From the NCBI GenBank assembly GCA_002104945.1, contig MCFH01000029.1, positions 62,001 through 126,000 of the forward strand: 64,000 nucleotides of DNA, written 5' to 3'. A program made the translations under genes and the position numbers. This DNA comes from Piromyces finnis finn (lineage: Eukaryota > Fungi > Neocallimastigomycota). The notes under the pieces are model-generated. The model saw only the letters and a list, made by a program, of their open reading frames with translations. It was not told the DNA's origin and made no database searches. Positions 32,519-46,356 of this stretch are shown one piece after another. Within the stretch, counting starts at the first letter, position 1. Each line of letters opens with the position of its first letter.

Positions 32519-34893
32519 TTTATCTTCTATATATCACCATCCATTCTTTTAAAGGAAAAAAACAAGCTTAAATATGTGTCTTTTTTTTTTTTTAAATATA
32601 TTATTATTGGGTTAATTGTAAGAAATTAATATATAAAATTATATATAAATTAGATTATAATAGTAATTATAATCAAAATGGTCATTCAAATGGACATATA
32701 TATATATAAAACATGTCTTTTAAGAAGAATATGATATTTAAGTAAAGCAATTTTGAATTTTTAAATAGTAATAAAAAATATGTAGTATTAATCTTTTTAT
32801 TTTTCTTTTTTTTTTTTTATATTAAATGAAGAAAATTGAAACAATCAAATATTTTTAATATTTGATATTATCAAAAGGTATAATATTATTACAATAATTA
32901 TTTAATATTTTGAATATTTTTTTATAATCAAATAGATTTTTTCAAAATAAGTATTATATGTAAATTTTATTATCATTTAAGAGGAAAAAATAAATAAGAA
33001 TTATTATAGTATAGCATAATTTTAGCTTGGAGGATGATAATTATTATATATTTTATATATTTTTATAAATATTTTTTTTTTTTTTTTTTTTATATAGAAA
33101 AATAAAATAAAATAAAAAAAAAAAGTTTTATTATATGCCTATTAATATTATTTGTAAAATTTAGATTTATTAATTTTCTTTTATAATTTTTGAAAAAAAG
33201 TTTATTTTATACATATTATAAAATAGTATTTCTTTATGTTAAAAAGTATAATTTTTTTTTTAAGTCGAAATGAAAGTTATAATTATAATACTAAAGGGAA
33301 AGAAGAAAGATATTACTTATTTTATATTGTTTAATTATATAAATGAACATAATTTTCAATATTTTCCTTAGTTGATTTACTTAACAATATGAATTATATG
33401 AAATGAAACATTCAATGATGTAATCGATTAGATTTGATGTATTGAATTTTCATAATTTTATGCATTTTATGGTAATGTTTTTTTTTTTTTTTATTATTAA
33501 AAAGGTTATTTCTATCAAGGTCAATGTTTCTTTTTATATTACAAAGTAAATTAAATGAGTGAATTATACAACTTTTTTTTTTTTTTTCTCAAATTAAAGG
33601 ATGTAGGACAGAATTTAAATGATATAAATATACATATAGATTTTTTGAAAATGTTACATATAAATATATAATAGATTCCTTACTACACTCTGAGTTATTT
33701 CTTTTATATTTTATTTTAAATTACTTTAAATTTTTATGTATTAAAGTTTAAAAATGTATGCAACCATTAAAAAAAAAGTGAATAAAAAACAATATTTAAA
33801 CAATATAATAAATATATTAAACAAAAAAAAAAAAAAAGGTAATATTAAAGAAAATATAATTACATCTAATTAATATATATATGTGATATATATATTTATT
33901 TAGCTAATTGTAATAGGATACAAAAATATTTATTATAATCATGTTTTAGGTTACAATAACAGAATTTATAGTAGTAATTAAAATAGAATAACTTGTTTAT
34001 TTTTAACCATTTTAATAACATGTCAACATGTCAACATGTTAAGATGTTGTACCGCTTCATTTCTATTGTATAAGAATGTTTATGTAAATGTATTTTTGCC
34101 TAGTAATTCATAATTATTTCATTTCTTTTTTTCTAATTTACATTTACTACATAAACTGTTCAATAATAACGTAGTAGTGGCTAAAATATTGTAATACATG
34201 ATTGGATCAACAAATACATATTACATATAAATAATGTACTATAATGTACAACATATATACATATGTATTATACTTTTATGTATTATTAAATTATTTAGAA
34301 AAGGAGGATGAAATATTTATATTATACATATACACATTATTGGAAAAATTATAATTTATTTTAATTATAAAAATAATATATATTACCATATATAATAATA
34401 ATATTGAATTATTTGATTTATAAAAAAAAATACAAAAATATATTTATATTTTGAGAAATTTTAATTATTATTTAATATTTTTAATACAAATTTTATATAT
34501 ATTATACATACCTAATATATTAATATATTACAATAAAATATATACAACTATAATATATTATTATTAAAATATATACATATAATTTTTTATTTTTTTTTTT
34601 AATAATTTTTAATATTTAATAATAAATAAATAAAAAGGTAAATAAGTATTAAGATAAAAAAAAGTAAATTTAAGTTTTATAATTTTCATTATTATTAAAT
34701 CTGTTTTATTAAATCTTTTTAAACATTTTATTAAAATAATAAACATCTTATTATTTTCATATTTGTTTTCATTATAGATATATATTTAATATAAACAGAC
34801 TCAACAATAAATAATCTATCTTAGAATTTAAAGCTAAACAAATAAATTATAGATTTTTATTTTTATTTTTTTTAAATATAAACAAATATTAAA

Positions 34894-37448
34894 ATGGAAT
34901 CAGGTCAACAAAGCCCAGTCATCGTTCAACAAGCTCCAGAAAGCAAAAAAGTGAATATTAACATTTTAATAGTTTATATAATCAATATATATTTAACGTT
35001 CCTGATATTATATTTTTGAAGAATTAATAAATAGAATTTTATTTAAAATAATAAATAAAAATATAAACCATTTATTTATTTATACCAATATTTTATCGTA
35101 TTTTCGATAACAACAACATTATTATTAATAAAATAATAAAAGAATTTAAGAAGAAAAATATATATTGATTATTTTATAATAATACAAAATTATATTAATA
35201 TTTATTAAATATAAACAAATTTCTAAATAATTCTTTATTTATTATGAATATATAATTTACAAATAATTGTATGTAATAAAGGTCGCTTTAACCGGATATG
35301 TTGGTTTCGATACTATTACAAGACAAATTGAAAAGAAATTACTTAAGAGAGGTTTTACCTTAAACATTATGGTTGTTGGTTAGTATTATTACAAATAAAA
35401 AAGATTAACAAACAAACTCCAATTACGATTCATATATTAAAAGTAAACAATAAATATTCAAGCGGAATTAAAAATATATTGTCAGTAATTCAAAAAAAAA
35501 AAAAAAATAAAACAAATTTTTTTTACAGTACTTTGGTACATCAAGGAAAATATGTAAATTGGAGTAATGAATAAGACTAAACAAATAAGATGAATGGTGT
35601 TATATAATAAATAATTTCATTACTTTTTTTTTTTTTCTCTTGTAGTATTTGAATTTGCAAAATAATGAAAAAAATTAAACATATTTAATAGCATACCACA
35701 AGACAATAAATTTTTTAAAATAAAAAGAAGAATATATTAATAAAATATTTTTGGATAAGAAGAAACAAATTACTTTTTGATAAATTTATAATAAAATATA
35801 AAAATGAAGATTTTTCTAGTCAGAAAATAATATTATACCAAAAGAATGCCATCAAGAATATTTTTTGTTTTATTTCTTTTTTAAAAAAATGAAACCAATA
35901 AATATTTTAAACTATGAAATTAAAGAATAACGGAAAATACATAGCTAATTTTAACATTGAAATTCAAAAATAATTTCATCAATTTATTAATATAAATAGT
36001 TGATTACTCTATTATTTAGAGATTATTTCTTAAAATTTAAAAAATAATATTTATTTAAATTTTTATTGAAATATTAAGGGAACAAAACCAGAAATTAATA
36101 AACATAATACATGTTTTAAAAATTATAAATAGGTCAATCTGGTTTAGGTAAATCTACTATGGTTAATACTCTTTTTGCTTCTCATCTTTTAGATACCAAA
36201 GCTACCCAAAAGGCTAGTGACCCAATTCGTCAAACTACTGAAATCAACACTGTTTCTCATAGTAAGTTAGAAAAATAATAATATTATGAAATATCGATTT
36301 GAATGGTTATTAATAATAATTGTATGTATTTATTAAAAAAAAAAAAAAAAAAACTGTAGTTATTGAAGAAAACGGTGTCAGACTTAGATTAAGTATTACT
36401 GATACTCCAGGTTTTGGTGACCAAATCAATAATGAAAACTGGTAATTATAGATATTATTTTACTAATGTTGGATAAAGCATTCTATTTATATATCAATTT
36501 TTTTTCATTTATATTATTATTTAACAATGCAACTATATAATTTTAGTTGGGAATCTATTATTAAGTACATTAAGGATCAATATGCTACTTACCTTCGTAA
36601 GGAATTAACTCCAAACAGAGAAAGAAGAATTGCTGATACTAGAGTTCACGCTGTCTTATACTTCATTCCACCAACTGGTCACTCGTAAGTCTATATTTAA
36701 ATAATCACTAGACTCGAAAAGAATGAAGATTTAATTGTAATATAATCATTAATATTATATTTATTTTTTACGATGAATAACAAATAGTCTTAAGCCAATT
36801 GATATTATTGTTCTCAAGAAGCTTTCTGACATTTGTAATGTTATTCCAGTTATTGCTAAGTCTGATTCTTTAACCGTTGAAGAACGTATTGCCTTCAAGA
36901 AGAGAATCAAGGAAGAACTTGCTTTCCATGGTATTCAACTTTACCCATACGATGATGTTGATACTGATGATTACAGTATTACTGAAGCTGACAGAGCTGA
37001 AAAGGCTTTAAACCAAGAAATGAGAGTTAGTTTTAAATAAAATATTTTTATATTTGATATAGTAATGATTAATAACAAGGTAATTAACTCTATTAAATAA
37101 TATAGGAATTAATTCCATTCGCTGTTGTTGGTTCTGAAAGAAATGTTGTTGTTGATGGAAAGGCTGTTCGCGGTCGTAAGACTCGTTGGGGTTTAGTTAA
37201 CAGTAAGTTTAATTAAAATAAAACAAAATTATATAAAAATATGTTGTATTTATAATTAACCGGTAATACTATACATTTTAAAAAAAGTTGAAGATGAAAC
37301 TCACTGTGAATTCCCACAACTTAGAAACTTCTTAACAAGAACTCACCTTCAAGATTTAATTGAAACTACTGGTATTGTCCACTACGAAACCTTCAGAACT
37401 AAGCAATTAGTTGCTTTAAAAGAATCAACAATGAGCCACTCTCGTTAA
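34894..37448 (+). CDS. CDC10: Septin, Cdc10/group 1 type; multi-exon
   Basis: Motifs: [28 protein letters not shown]|[18 protein letters not shown]; [15 protein letters not shown]; [16 protein letters not shown]; [10 protein letters not shown]; IPFAVVGSE; GRKTRWG; [25 protein letters not shown]...HYETFR. No C-terminal coiled coil, consistent with Cdc10. Stop 37446-37448. Confidence 0.92.
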
Positions 37449-38160
37449 ATGAGTTTAATTTAAAATAATAATATACAACAAATTATATAACTTTTTATAT
37501 TTTTTCTCTTTTATTCTTTAAATTGAATTCCTTTTAAAACATTTATTTTCAATATAAATATAAATCATCATAATTTTATGATAATATAATCAACCACCTT
37601 TATAAGACAATAGAAAAGAAAAATCAAAATTTTTAATAAAACGGAAAACTTTATCAAAGCAAGACAAATTCTTAAACAATACATTAATGAATTTCGTATC
37701 AATCAAAAAAACTTTAAAAAAAGAGAAAAAAAATTAAAAAAAAAAAAAAAACAAAAAGAGAAAGAAATAATTAAAAAGACTTTTTTTAAAAATGATCGTT
37801 ATTTTTATTATTATTATTTTTTTTTTATAAATTAATATCTTTTACATAAAAAATATAAAATTAAGTAAAAAATAAAAATCAAACTACAATAATTTGAAAA
37901 ATATTTTAAAATTATAAAATAAAAAAACCAAAATAGATAAATATATAAAATAAATAAATAAATAAAAATAAATAAATAAATAAAAAATAAAAAATTAAAA
38001 AAAAAATATAGTGTATATAAAATATTATGATGGTAATATTGAACATAGAATTATAAACGCTATTAAAATTTATTCAGCAAGTGTGTTTTTTTTGAAGTTT
38101 TAAAGGAAAAAAAAAAAAAAATTATTATTATTTTCCTTTAATGATAATTTGAAATGTCAT

Positions 38161-38175
38161 TTATACATAAATACA

Positions 38176-38230
<55 letters not shown>

Positions 38231-38243
38231 ATACATACATACA

Positions 38244-38294
<51 letters not shown>

Positions 38295-38345
38295 ATACAT
38301 ACATACATACATACATAAATAAATAAATAAATAAATAAATAAACA
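38161..38345. repeat. Compound (AAAT)n/(ACAT)n microsatellite
   Basis: Read directly. It produces the spurious ORF 38161..38397. Confidence 0.95.
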
Positions 38346-39222
38346 AATAAATAATATATTGGTCTGTGGTTGTAAAAGTAATATAATTATAAAACAAATT
38401 TTTTTTCTTGATAAATTATTTCACTACTTTGTAAAGTAGTAGTATTGAAATATTATAAAAATATTTTACATATAGTATTATTATTTTATCTCTCTTTTTT
38501 CTTTTCTTATATGATAATTTTAAAGATGTTTATTATCAAATTAAGTCAAATTACAAAAAGATATATTATATGCTATTTATCATGAAATAGTTTTAATTTT
38601 TTTTTAATATAAATTTTTATGGCTATTTTGAACTTTTTATGGCTATAATTATTGTTTCACAACCATTTTTTTATGGAAAAATAATTATTAAATTTTATAT
38701 ATAAAAACCATGAATGTATTTGGGTATAGGGATGCTAAGATTAAGTTACACCTTTTTTATCTATAGTATTAATAGAAACATTTAATAATAGTTATATTAT
38801 CAAAAAGGAAACTTTTATCTATTTTAAAAATTTATTGATACTAGTAAATATAGTTGTTATGATATAAAAAATATTTATATTATATATATATAAATATAAA
38901 TGTTCTTTTAACAAAACACTAGATACAAATAATATTTTTTTTTAAAAAAGATATTATAAAAAAAGTTTAATAAATAAAATTAATAGAGAAAAAAGTTCAA
39001 TTTCAAAATAATTTCCATATAGTAATTAATTATTTAATGGTGTATATCTATATAAATTAGAGTATTTAATTTTATGCTTTTAAATTGAAATAATTTAAAT
39101 TGAAGTCATAGTCATAATAGCAGTACTAATAACAATAACAATAATAGTAATAATAATAAAAAAAAAACAATTTAGAAAAATATTTTGAAATTTTAATAAT
39201 TACAGTATATTATAGACTAAAG

Positions 39223-42200
39223 ATGCACTCCAATATTTTATATTCTCTTCAATGCTTCAATAATATAAATAAATTCCGTATATTAAATTCTTATTATGGT
39301 TTAAGGTATTTTTCAACTTCCTCAAAAAGCAAGGTCAATAGTCCTTTAAAAAGAATATTTAATGATACCTTTTATTGGAATCATCATGTCCAAAAATTTA
39401 ATAAAAATAACAAGAATGAACATGTAGGATTATGTGGTTTTACCAATTTAAATTCCCCGGAAGAATTGATTCAAAATGCCCAACTTTGTGTAAAATATTC
39501 CAATATTTTGGTTAATACCATTTGTAATGATTATATATCAAATAAAAATAATAATTCTTTTAACAATAATTACACAAAAGAAAATCCTCAAATATTGATT
39601 GTTAAACGACTTGACAGGTTATCAGATAAATTATGTTCCATGATTGATACTTTTGAATTATTAAGAAATGTTCATCCAAATCCAGAATATATTGATGCAG
39701 CCAATGAGGCTTATGAAATATTGAATAATTATTTTGGTCAATTAAATACAAATTATAATTTATATGAGGTATAAAAAAATTGAAGATTTTTTTTTTTTTT
39801 TTTTAAAAAGTATTTTTAAAAATATGAGTTATTATTTTTAAATTTTTTTTTTTTTTAATTTTTATAATTTTATATATTAAAGCATATCAAATGTATGAGA
39901 TAATAATAATTCAATATTTTGTATATTTTGTATTTCGTTCTTATATTAAATTATTTTATTTTATTTTATTTTATTTTTTTTTAATTTTTTGAATATTATT
40001 TTTATCTTTCTAACATCTTTGTATTTTTTATAATAATGTATGATATATTTATATATTATGCTTCATTAATAATCATAAAATGTTTTCAAAAATTTTTTTT
40101 ATAAAGTCGTTAAAATATGCTATTACTAATAAAGATATATCGGTAAAATTTTCAGAAGAAGAAATTACAGTAGCTCAAATATTAATGGAAGATTTTGAAA
40201 ATTCTGGGATTCATATGTCACCTGAAAATCGTCGAGAATTTATTGAAATCCAAGATAAAATAGCAAGATTAGGTCATAAATTTACATTGAACGCATATAC
40301 TGATTTTAGACCAATTGAAGTAGAAAATCCTAGAAAAGTATTGAAAGGTCTACTTTATAAATTATTAAATCAAATTATATACAAAGTTAGAGATACATCA
40401 TTTATTCAAGATCATATAAATGAAGGAATAATAGAGGATGATGATGAAGATGATGATGAAGATGATGAAAGAACAAAACCTATACCCATGAAAGAAGTTG
40501 CAATTATTAGTAATCCTTTTATCGCTCAACAAATATTACAAACCGTTGAGGATGAAGAAATTAGAAAAAAAGTGTATATGGAATTAAATTATTCAACAGA
40601 TGACCAAATTAAAACTTTAGAAGAAATGCTGTTTTTACGTGGAGATTTGGCTCATTTAATTGGTTATTCAAGTTACAGTGAAATGAATATTAAAAATAAA
40701 ATGGCTAAAAGTCAAGGTATTTTCTTTTTTTTTTTTTTATGAAATAAAATGAAAAGTATAAATATATTATTATTATTATCATCATTATTATGTTATTCAC
40801 CCCCTTTTTTTTATTAATTATATCTTTTATTAAATAAAGAAAATGTTTTAAAATTCCTAAAAAATATGTCTAATCAGTATAAATCTATTGCAGAAAAAGA
40901 AATTCAAGAATTATTAAAAGAAAAGAAAAAACATCAAAATAAACTATCCAATATATTTAAAAAGACAGAATTTTATCCATGGGATTATCAATATTATACT
41001 AATGTTATTAAAAATTCAAATTATAATAAAGAAGAATTAAGTAATAAAAAACGATTATATCGTTCATTATTATCTTATTTTTCTATTGGAAGCATTATTG
41101 AAGGTTTATCTAATTTATATTCTCATCTATATGGTATATCGTTTAAACCTTCAACATCAATTTCCAAATCTGAATTTTGGCATAAAGATGTTCGAAAATT
41201 AGATGTTATCCATGAAGTAGAGGGTAAGATAGGAACAATATATTGTGATTTCTTTACACGTCCAAATTCATCTATTGAAAGAAAATATGAGAATGCAGCA
41301 CATTTTACCATTCAATGTGCTCGTCGTGTAGATTTTGATCAATTTGATACTAAAATGAATAAAAATTTACATATAATTGAATCCATTAATTCCTCTTCTA
41401 CACCTGAACAAATTCAACAAAATTCTGTCATGATGAAACAAATACAACAACCTTTTAAGTATTTTGAAGGTCAAGGAACTTTTCAATTACCAATTGTAGT
41501 TATTGTTACAAATTTTGAAAGACCTTCAGAATATTATTCCTTCCAACAGTCATCTAAAAAGAGAAATAATAACAATAGGTATCCTACATCTAAACCATCC
41601 CTTTTAACCTGGCCAGAAATGGAAACTCTTTTCCATGAAATGGGTCATGCTATTCATTGTAAGTAATAAATATATTATTATTGTTGTTATTATAAAAAGT
41701 GAAATTAATCTTTGATTCCACTTTCCACTGTAAAGTCTAAAATATCACAAATAATAATAATAATTAATTTATATTTCTAATTTCTATTAATAAATATATA
41801 ATATATACGTATATATAATATAATATATTTATTTATTTTTTTTTTTAAAAGCCATTCTTGCAAGAACCAATTTCCAAAATATTTCAGGTACGAGATGTAA
41901 AATGGATTTTGTAGAAGTACCTTCAATATTAATGGAACATTTCCTTCAATCGGATGAGGTTATTAGTAGTATTGCCCGTCATTATCAAACAGATGAACCA
42001 CTCAAATCAAAATATGTAGATATTATGAAGAATAGTCAACCTCAAAATTATAATTCTAGTAAATATATTAATATACAGAATCAACTTAAACTTTCTTTAC
42101 TTGATCAACTTTATCATTCATCCATCTTTAATAAACATTCAAATAAACTATCTGATAAATTATTTAATTGTAAGTATTTAAGTATTTATCATAATTTATA

Positions 42201-42920
42201 CCAATAACTAATTGAAATAGCAACAATTTAATTATTATATATATATATATATGATAATGATATTCTAATTCAATAATTTATTATTTATTATTATTTTATC
42301 AAACTACGCTTTACATAGTAAATTTGAATAAAAAAACTAACCTAAGTACAAAAATTTTAGAACAAGTTACCAAAGAATTTGATATTTATCCATATATTCA
42401 GGATACCCAATGGCAAGGTCAATTTACTCATTTATTTAGTTATGGATCTACTTATTATACCTATTTTTGGTGTCGTAAAATTGCCGAAGAAATATGGAAT
42501 AAATTATTTAATTCTAATAATTCCAATAAAAATAATAGTACTTCAGAAAAAGGTAAAGACATTCTAATATTTTAATAATAATAGAATTTTTTTTTTTTTT
42601 TTTTTTTTTTTTGAAATTACCATTTATAATGATTTTATATATTAATATATATGAATAATATATATATGTTAATATTAGGTCAATCAAAATCTATATGGGA
42701 TTCATTAAAAGAAAGAAAATCCTTTTCCATAAAAGAAAATGTTCAAACTCAACAAGACAATAGTGATCCATTACGCGTATTAGGTGAAAAATTAAAAAAC
42801 GAACTTTTAAAATGGGGAGGTGCTAGGGATCCATGGATTGGATTAAAGAATCTAGGTATTGTTAATCAAGATCTTGAGAATGATACTCTTTTCACCCATT
42901 TTATCAATGATACAAAGTAA
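39223..42920 (+). CDS. OCT1: Mitochondrial intermediate peptidase (M3A metallopeptidase, MIP/Oct1-like); multi-exon
   Basis: Motifs: [23 protein letters not shown]; DFENSGIHM; [19 protein letters not shown]; PWDYQYY; [20 protein letters not shown]; [11 protein letters not shown]; [11 protein letters not shown]; zinc motif [10 protein letters not shown]; [13 protein letters not shown]; [15 protein letters not shown]; [13 protein letters not shown]-terminus resembles a presequence (…[14 protein letters not shown]). Confidence 0.9.
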
Positions 42921-45704
42921 AAAAAAAAGTCACCAAAAATCGATAATGTATATATATATATATATAAACTATAACAAAGATTACAAAATCTTTAGATAAA
43001 ATAATTTTTTAATTATATATATATAATTAAACCTTGTTTGTAATATAATATAGAGTAAAAAAAAAAAAAATAATAATTTAATAAAACTGAATAACAGTCA
43101 TAATTACAAAATACAGTAGTAATAATAATATTAAATTAATATTTATTGAAATAGATGAATCTTTTTTTTTTTTTTTTTTTTTTTATTATTATTACTTTTA
43201 AATATATATAAGAGTAGAACAGTAAATAATCTATAATTAAAAGTTTTGTGGTTAGTAATAATAATAATAATAATAATAAATTTGGTTTGTATTGGTATTG
43301 GTGGATATAATAAAAAAAACTTCAAAGTTATTAAATATGTAATTATAATAATAATATTAAAATATTAAAATAATTAAAATAGTGATTTGATTATAACGGA
43401 ATAAATACTATATCAATAATATATGAAAAATCAAATCATTTATGAAAAGAAAGATATTTAAGTATTTAAAAAAAAAAAAAAATAACTTTACTATTTATAA
43501 ATATATACAGTTATTTTGTTTGATTATAATTTATATGTTTAGTATTAGACCTATAAAACAATCCTTTTATTTGGATATTTTAACCAAAATAGTATTTAGA
43601 TGGATGGTATAATAATCTATCTAGTTTCTAGATTTGAGTAGATTGAAGTGTTATAGATTTAAATATCCTGAACAATTTTTTTTAATTATAAAAATGAATA
43701 AAGTTTGGTAGTGGTTTTATACAGAAATTTCCTTTTAATATTTATTAATTACTATTTTATAATGAATAAAAATAAGCGATGTATGTCATTTATATATTTT
43801 TAATACTATTTGAAAATTTCTCTTCAACAATTTATTTATATCAATATTAATAATAATGAAAAGAATTATTAAATATAATCATATAAGAATTTTATTTTAT
43901 ATTTATTGTTTTAATTTATATTTATTAGGCAAATGATGATATTAAATGGATTATACAAATTTTGAATTTATATAAATAAACTTTAATGTTTCACAATAAA
44001 ATAATTATAATAATAATAGTAAAATAGGACCTACAATAATATTTAATGTCAATTAAAATAGTAATAAACTATTATAAGAATAGTATATAATAATAATCAA
44101 ACAACCATAACTCTTTTTTTTTTTATTTAGTAGTTTGTATCAAAACTATCAATAGATATATAAAACTCAGGTCGTTTATTTCAATTTATAGAATAATTAT
44201 TTAAACTAAATATATTATTAAAAATTTAATATATAACTATTTATTCAATTGAAATTAAAATAAATATTATATCATTTATATATATATTTTTAAAAAAGTA
44301 TTATGTGTAATTTACATACTATAAAGTCAATTAAATAGTATTTTAAAAAGTACATAGAGCGTATAATGCTCGTGTCAAGGTGCATTATTTGATTTTTATA
44401 TACGTTTGTTTTAGGTAATAATAACAACAACAGGAACAACAACAACAACAATAATAATAACATTATTATTATTCCTTTTTTTTTTTTTTTACTTATTTAT
44501 TATTATTATTATCTTTTAAAAATTCCATTTAAAGTAATTTTTTTTAGTGTTGTTTTATAATTTTTCTGTATTATATATAATATATTAAATGTCAATTCAT
44601 TTATATATTTTATAATATATTACTTTTAATATTTATATATTATAGTTTATATAAAAATAATTTTAATATTTATTAAAGTTTTTTTTAATTAAATGGTAGT
44701 ACAAACTATTCATTTAATAGTTTTAGTATAATTAAATTGTATATTCAATTATATACATAATGTAAAGGTGATGATGATAATGGATATGGTGGGTATGGTG
44801 GGTGGAATATTTAATTTTAGATAAAAAAGAAAAAAAAGTTTCTATAAGCTAGTATGAAAAATAAAGATGCATTTAATAACCAGAGATAAATGTAAGCTTA
44901 ATAAAAAGAACTGTAAAATACATTAACATAAACTTTGCTTATAATTTTTATCCTATGGCACTTATCCTTTAAATTGTAATAACTAATTCAGTTACAAAAT
45001 GCATTTTTTGATATTTATATAGAAAAATAATAGATTATAATACTTAATCATTTAATATTACTTAATAAATTAGTAGTTTTTAAATGCAAATTTCAAAAAA
45101 AGTGAATGCATGTTTTGTTGATAATTATTTAAATATTAATAAATTTTTTATTAATTTTTTTTTTTTTGTGCTTGTTTCAAAAAAGGAAAAAGCTAAAATT
45201 TATTTAATTAAAAAAAAAAAAAAAGTTTGACCGTGTAGGACTATAAAGAAAAAAGAAAAGTTTCTTTTTTTTTTCTTTTTTTTTTTTTTAATTAAATAAA
45301 TATTTCTTTAAAATATTTATTAATATTCTAAAGAAAAAAAGTTAACTTTTTTTTTTTTTTCGTTAATATCATATTATTAAGAAGTATCATAATGATATAA
45401 AGATATTGAGAAAAATAAAATAAAAATAGATAGAAAATAGTAATAAAGAAAATTTATTTAAATCGTTTTTTTTTTAAAAAAAAAATAAAATAAAATGAAT
45501 TTTAGTATTATATATCAAAATTAAAAAAAAAATAGTATCACCAACAGAAGAAGAAAATGTTTCATTCATTAATAAAACAATTCATTTAATTATATAATAT
45601 ATATTTTTAATTGATAAGTTTTGAAAAAGAATATTAATACCTAGAATATCTATGAACAAATATCTTTCAAAATTGCAATTATTATTTAACTTTAAGAATT
45701 GAAC

Positions 45705-45735
<31 letters not shown>

Positions 45736-46356
45736 CTCAGAAAACAAAAAATAAGAGAATAGATTTAACTATTGAACATAGCAACTAATAAATAAAAATA
45801 GATAAAAAAAAAAAGTATTCAAAATTACTTTTTAAAATATATATAAATATTTTAGAAAATAAATTTAGTTGTATATTTTTAAGATTTTTAATATTTAATA
45901 ATTTATTTATAAGAAAAAGGTAACTATATAACTATTTATTTATATTATATAATTTTTTATTTCTTTATATTTTGTATTATGTTAAATATAATAATAATAG
46001 CAACATTACTATTATTTTTTAAAAGCCTTTTCAATGTCAATAGAATAAGAATATATTAAATATTTTGATAAAATATAGTGGTTACACAAAGAATTAAAGC
46101 AAATTGAATTAACAATTATTTTATTATTAATTATTTATATATTTATAATAATGAATAATGCTTATATCAGTTACAGAAAAAAAAAAAGTATATCTAGTTT
46201 TTATACTGAAGGAATAAAGATTCATAAATATTAAATTACTATTATAAGAAATAATATTAAAAATTTTATACGAAAAAAAGTAGAATAAAATAAAAAGAAA
46301 TATATATATAAAAAGAAAATTCAATAATTGTAATATTGTAATAATAACAAAAAAAA

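Noticed and set aside
35528-35565. Possible cassette exon in the long CDC10 intron (tttacag|tactttgg...|gtaaat)
   Set aside because: It would interrupt or frameshift the P-loop glycine codon. The flanking exons already join in frame.
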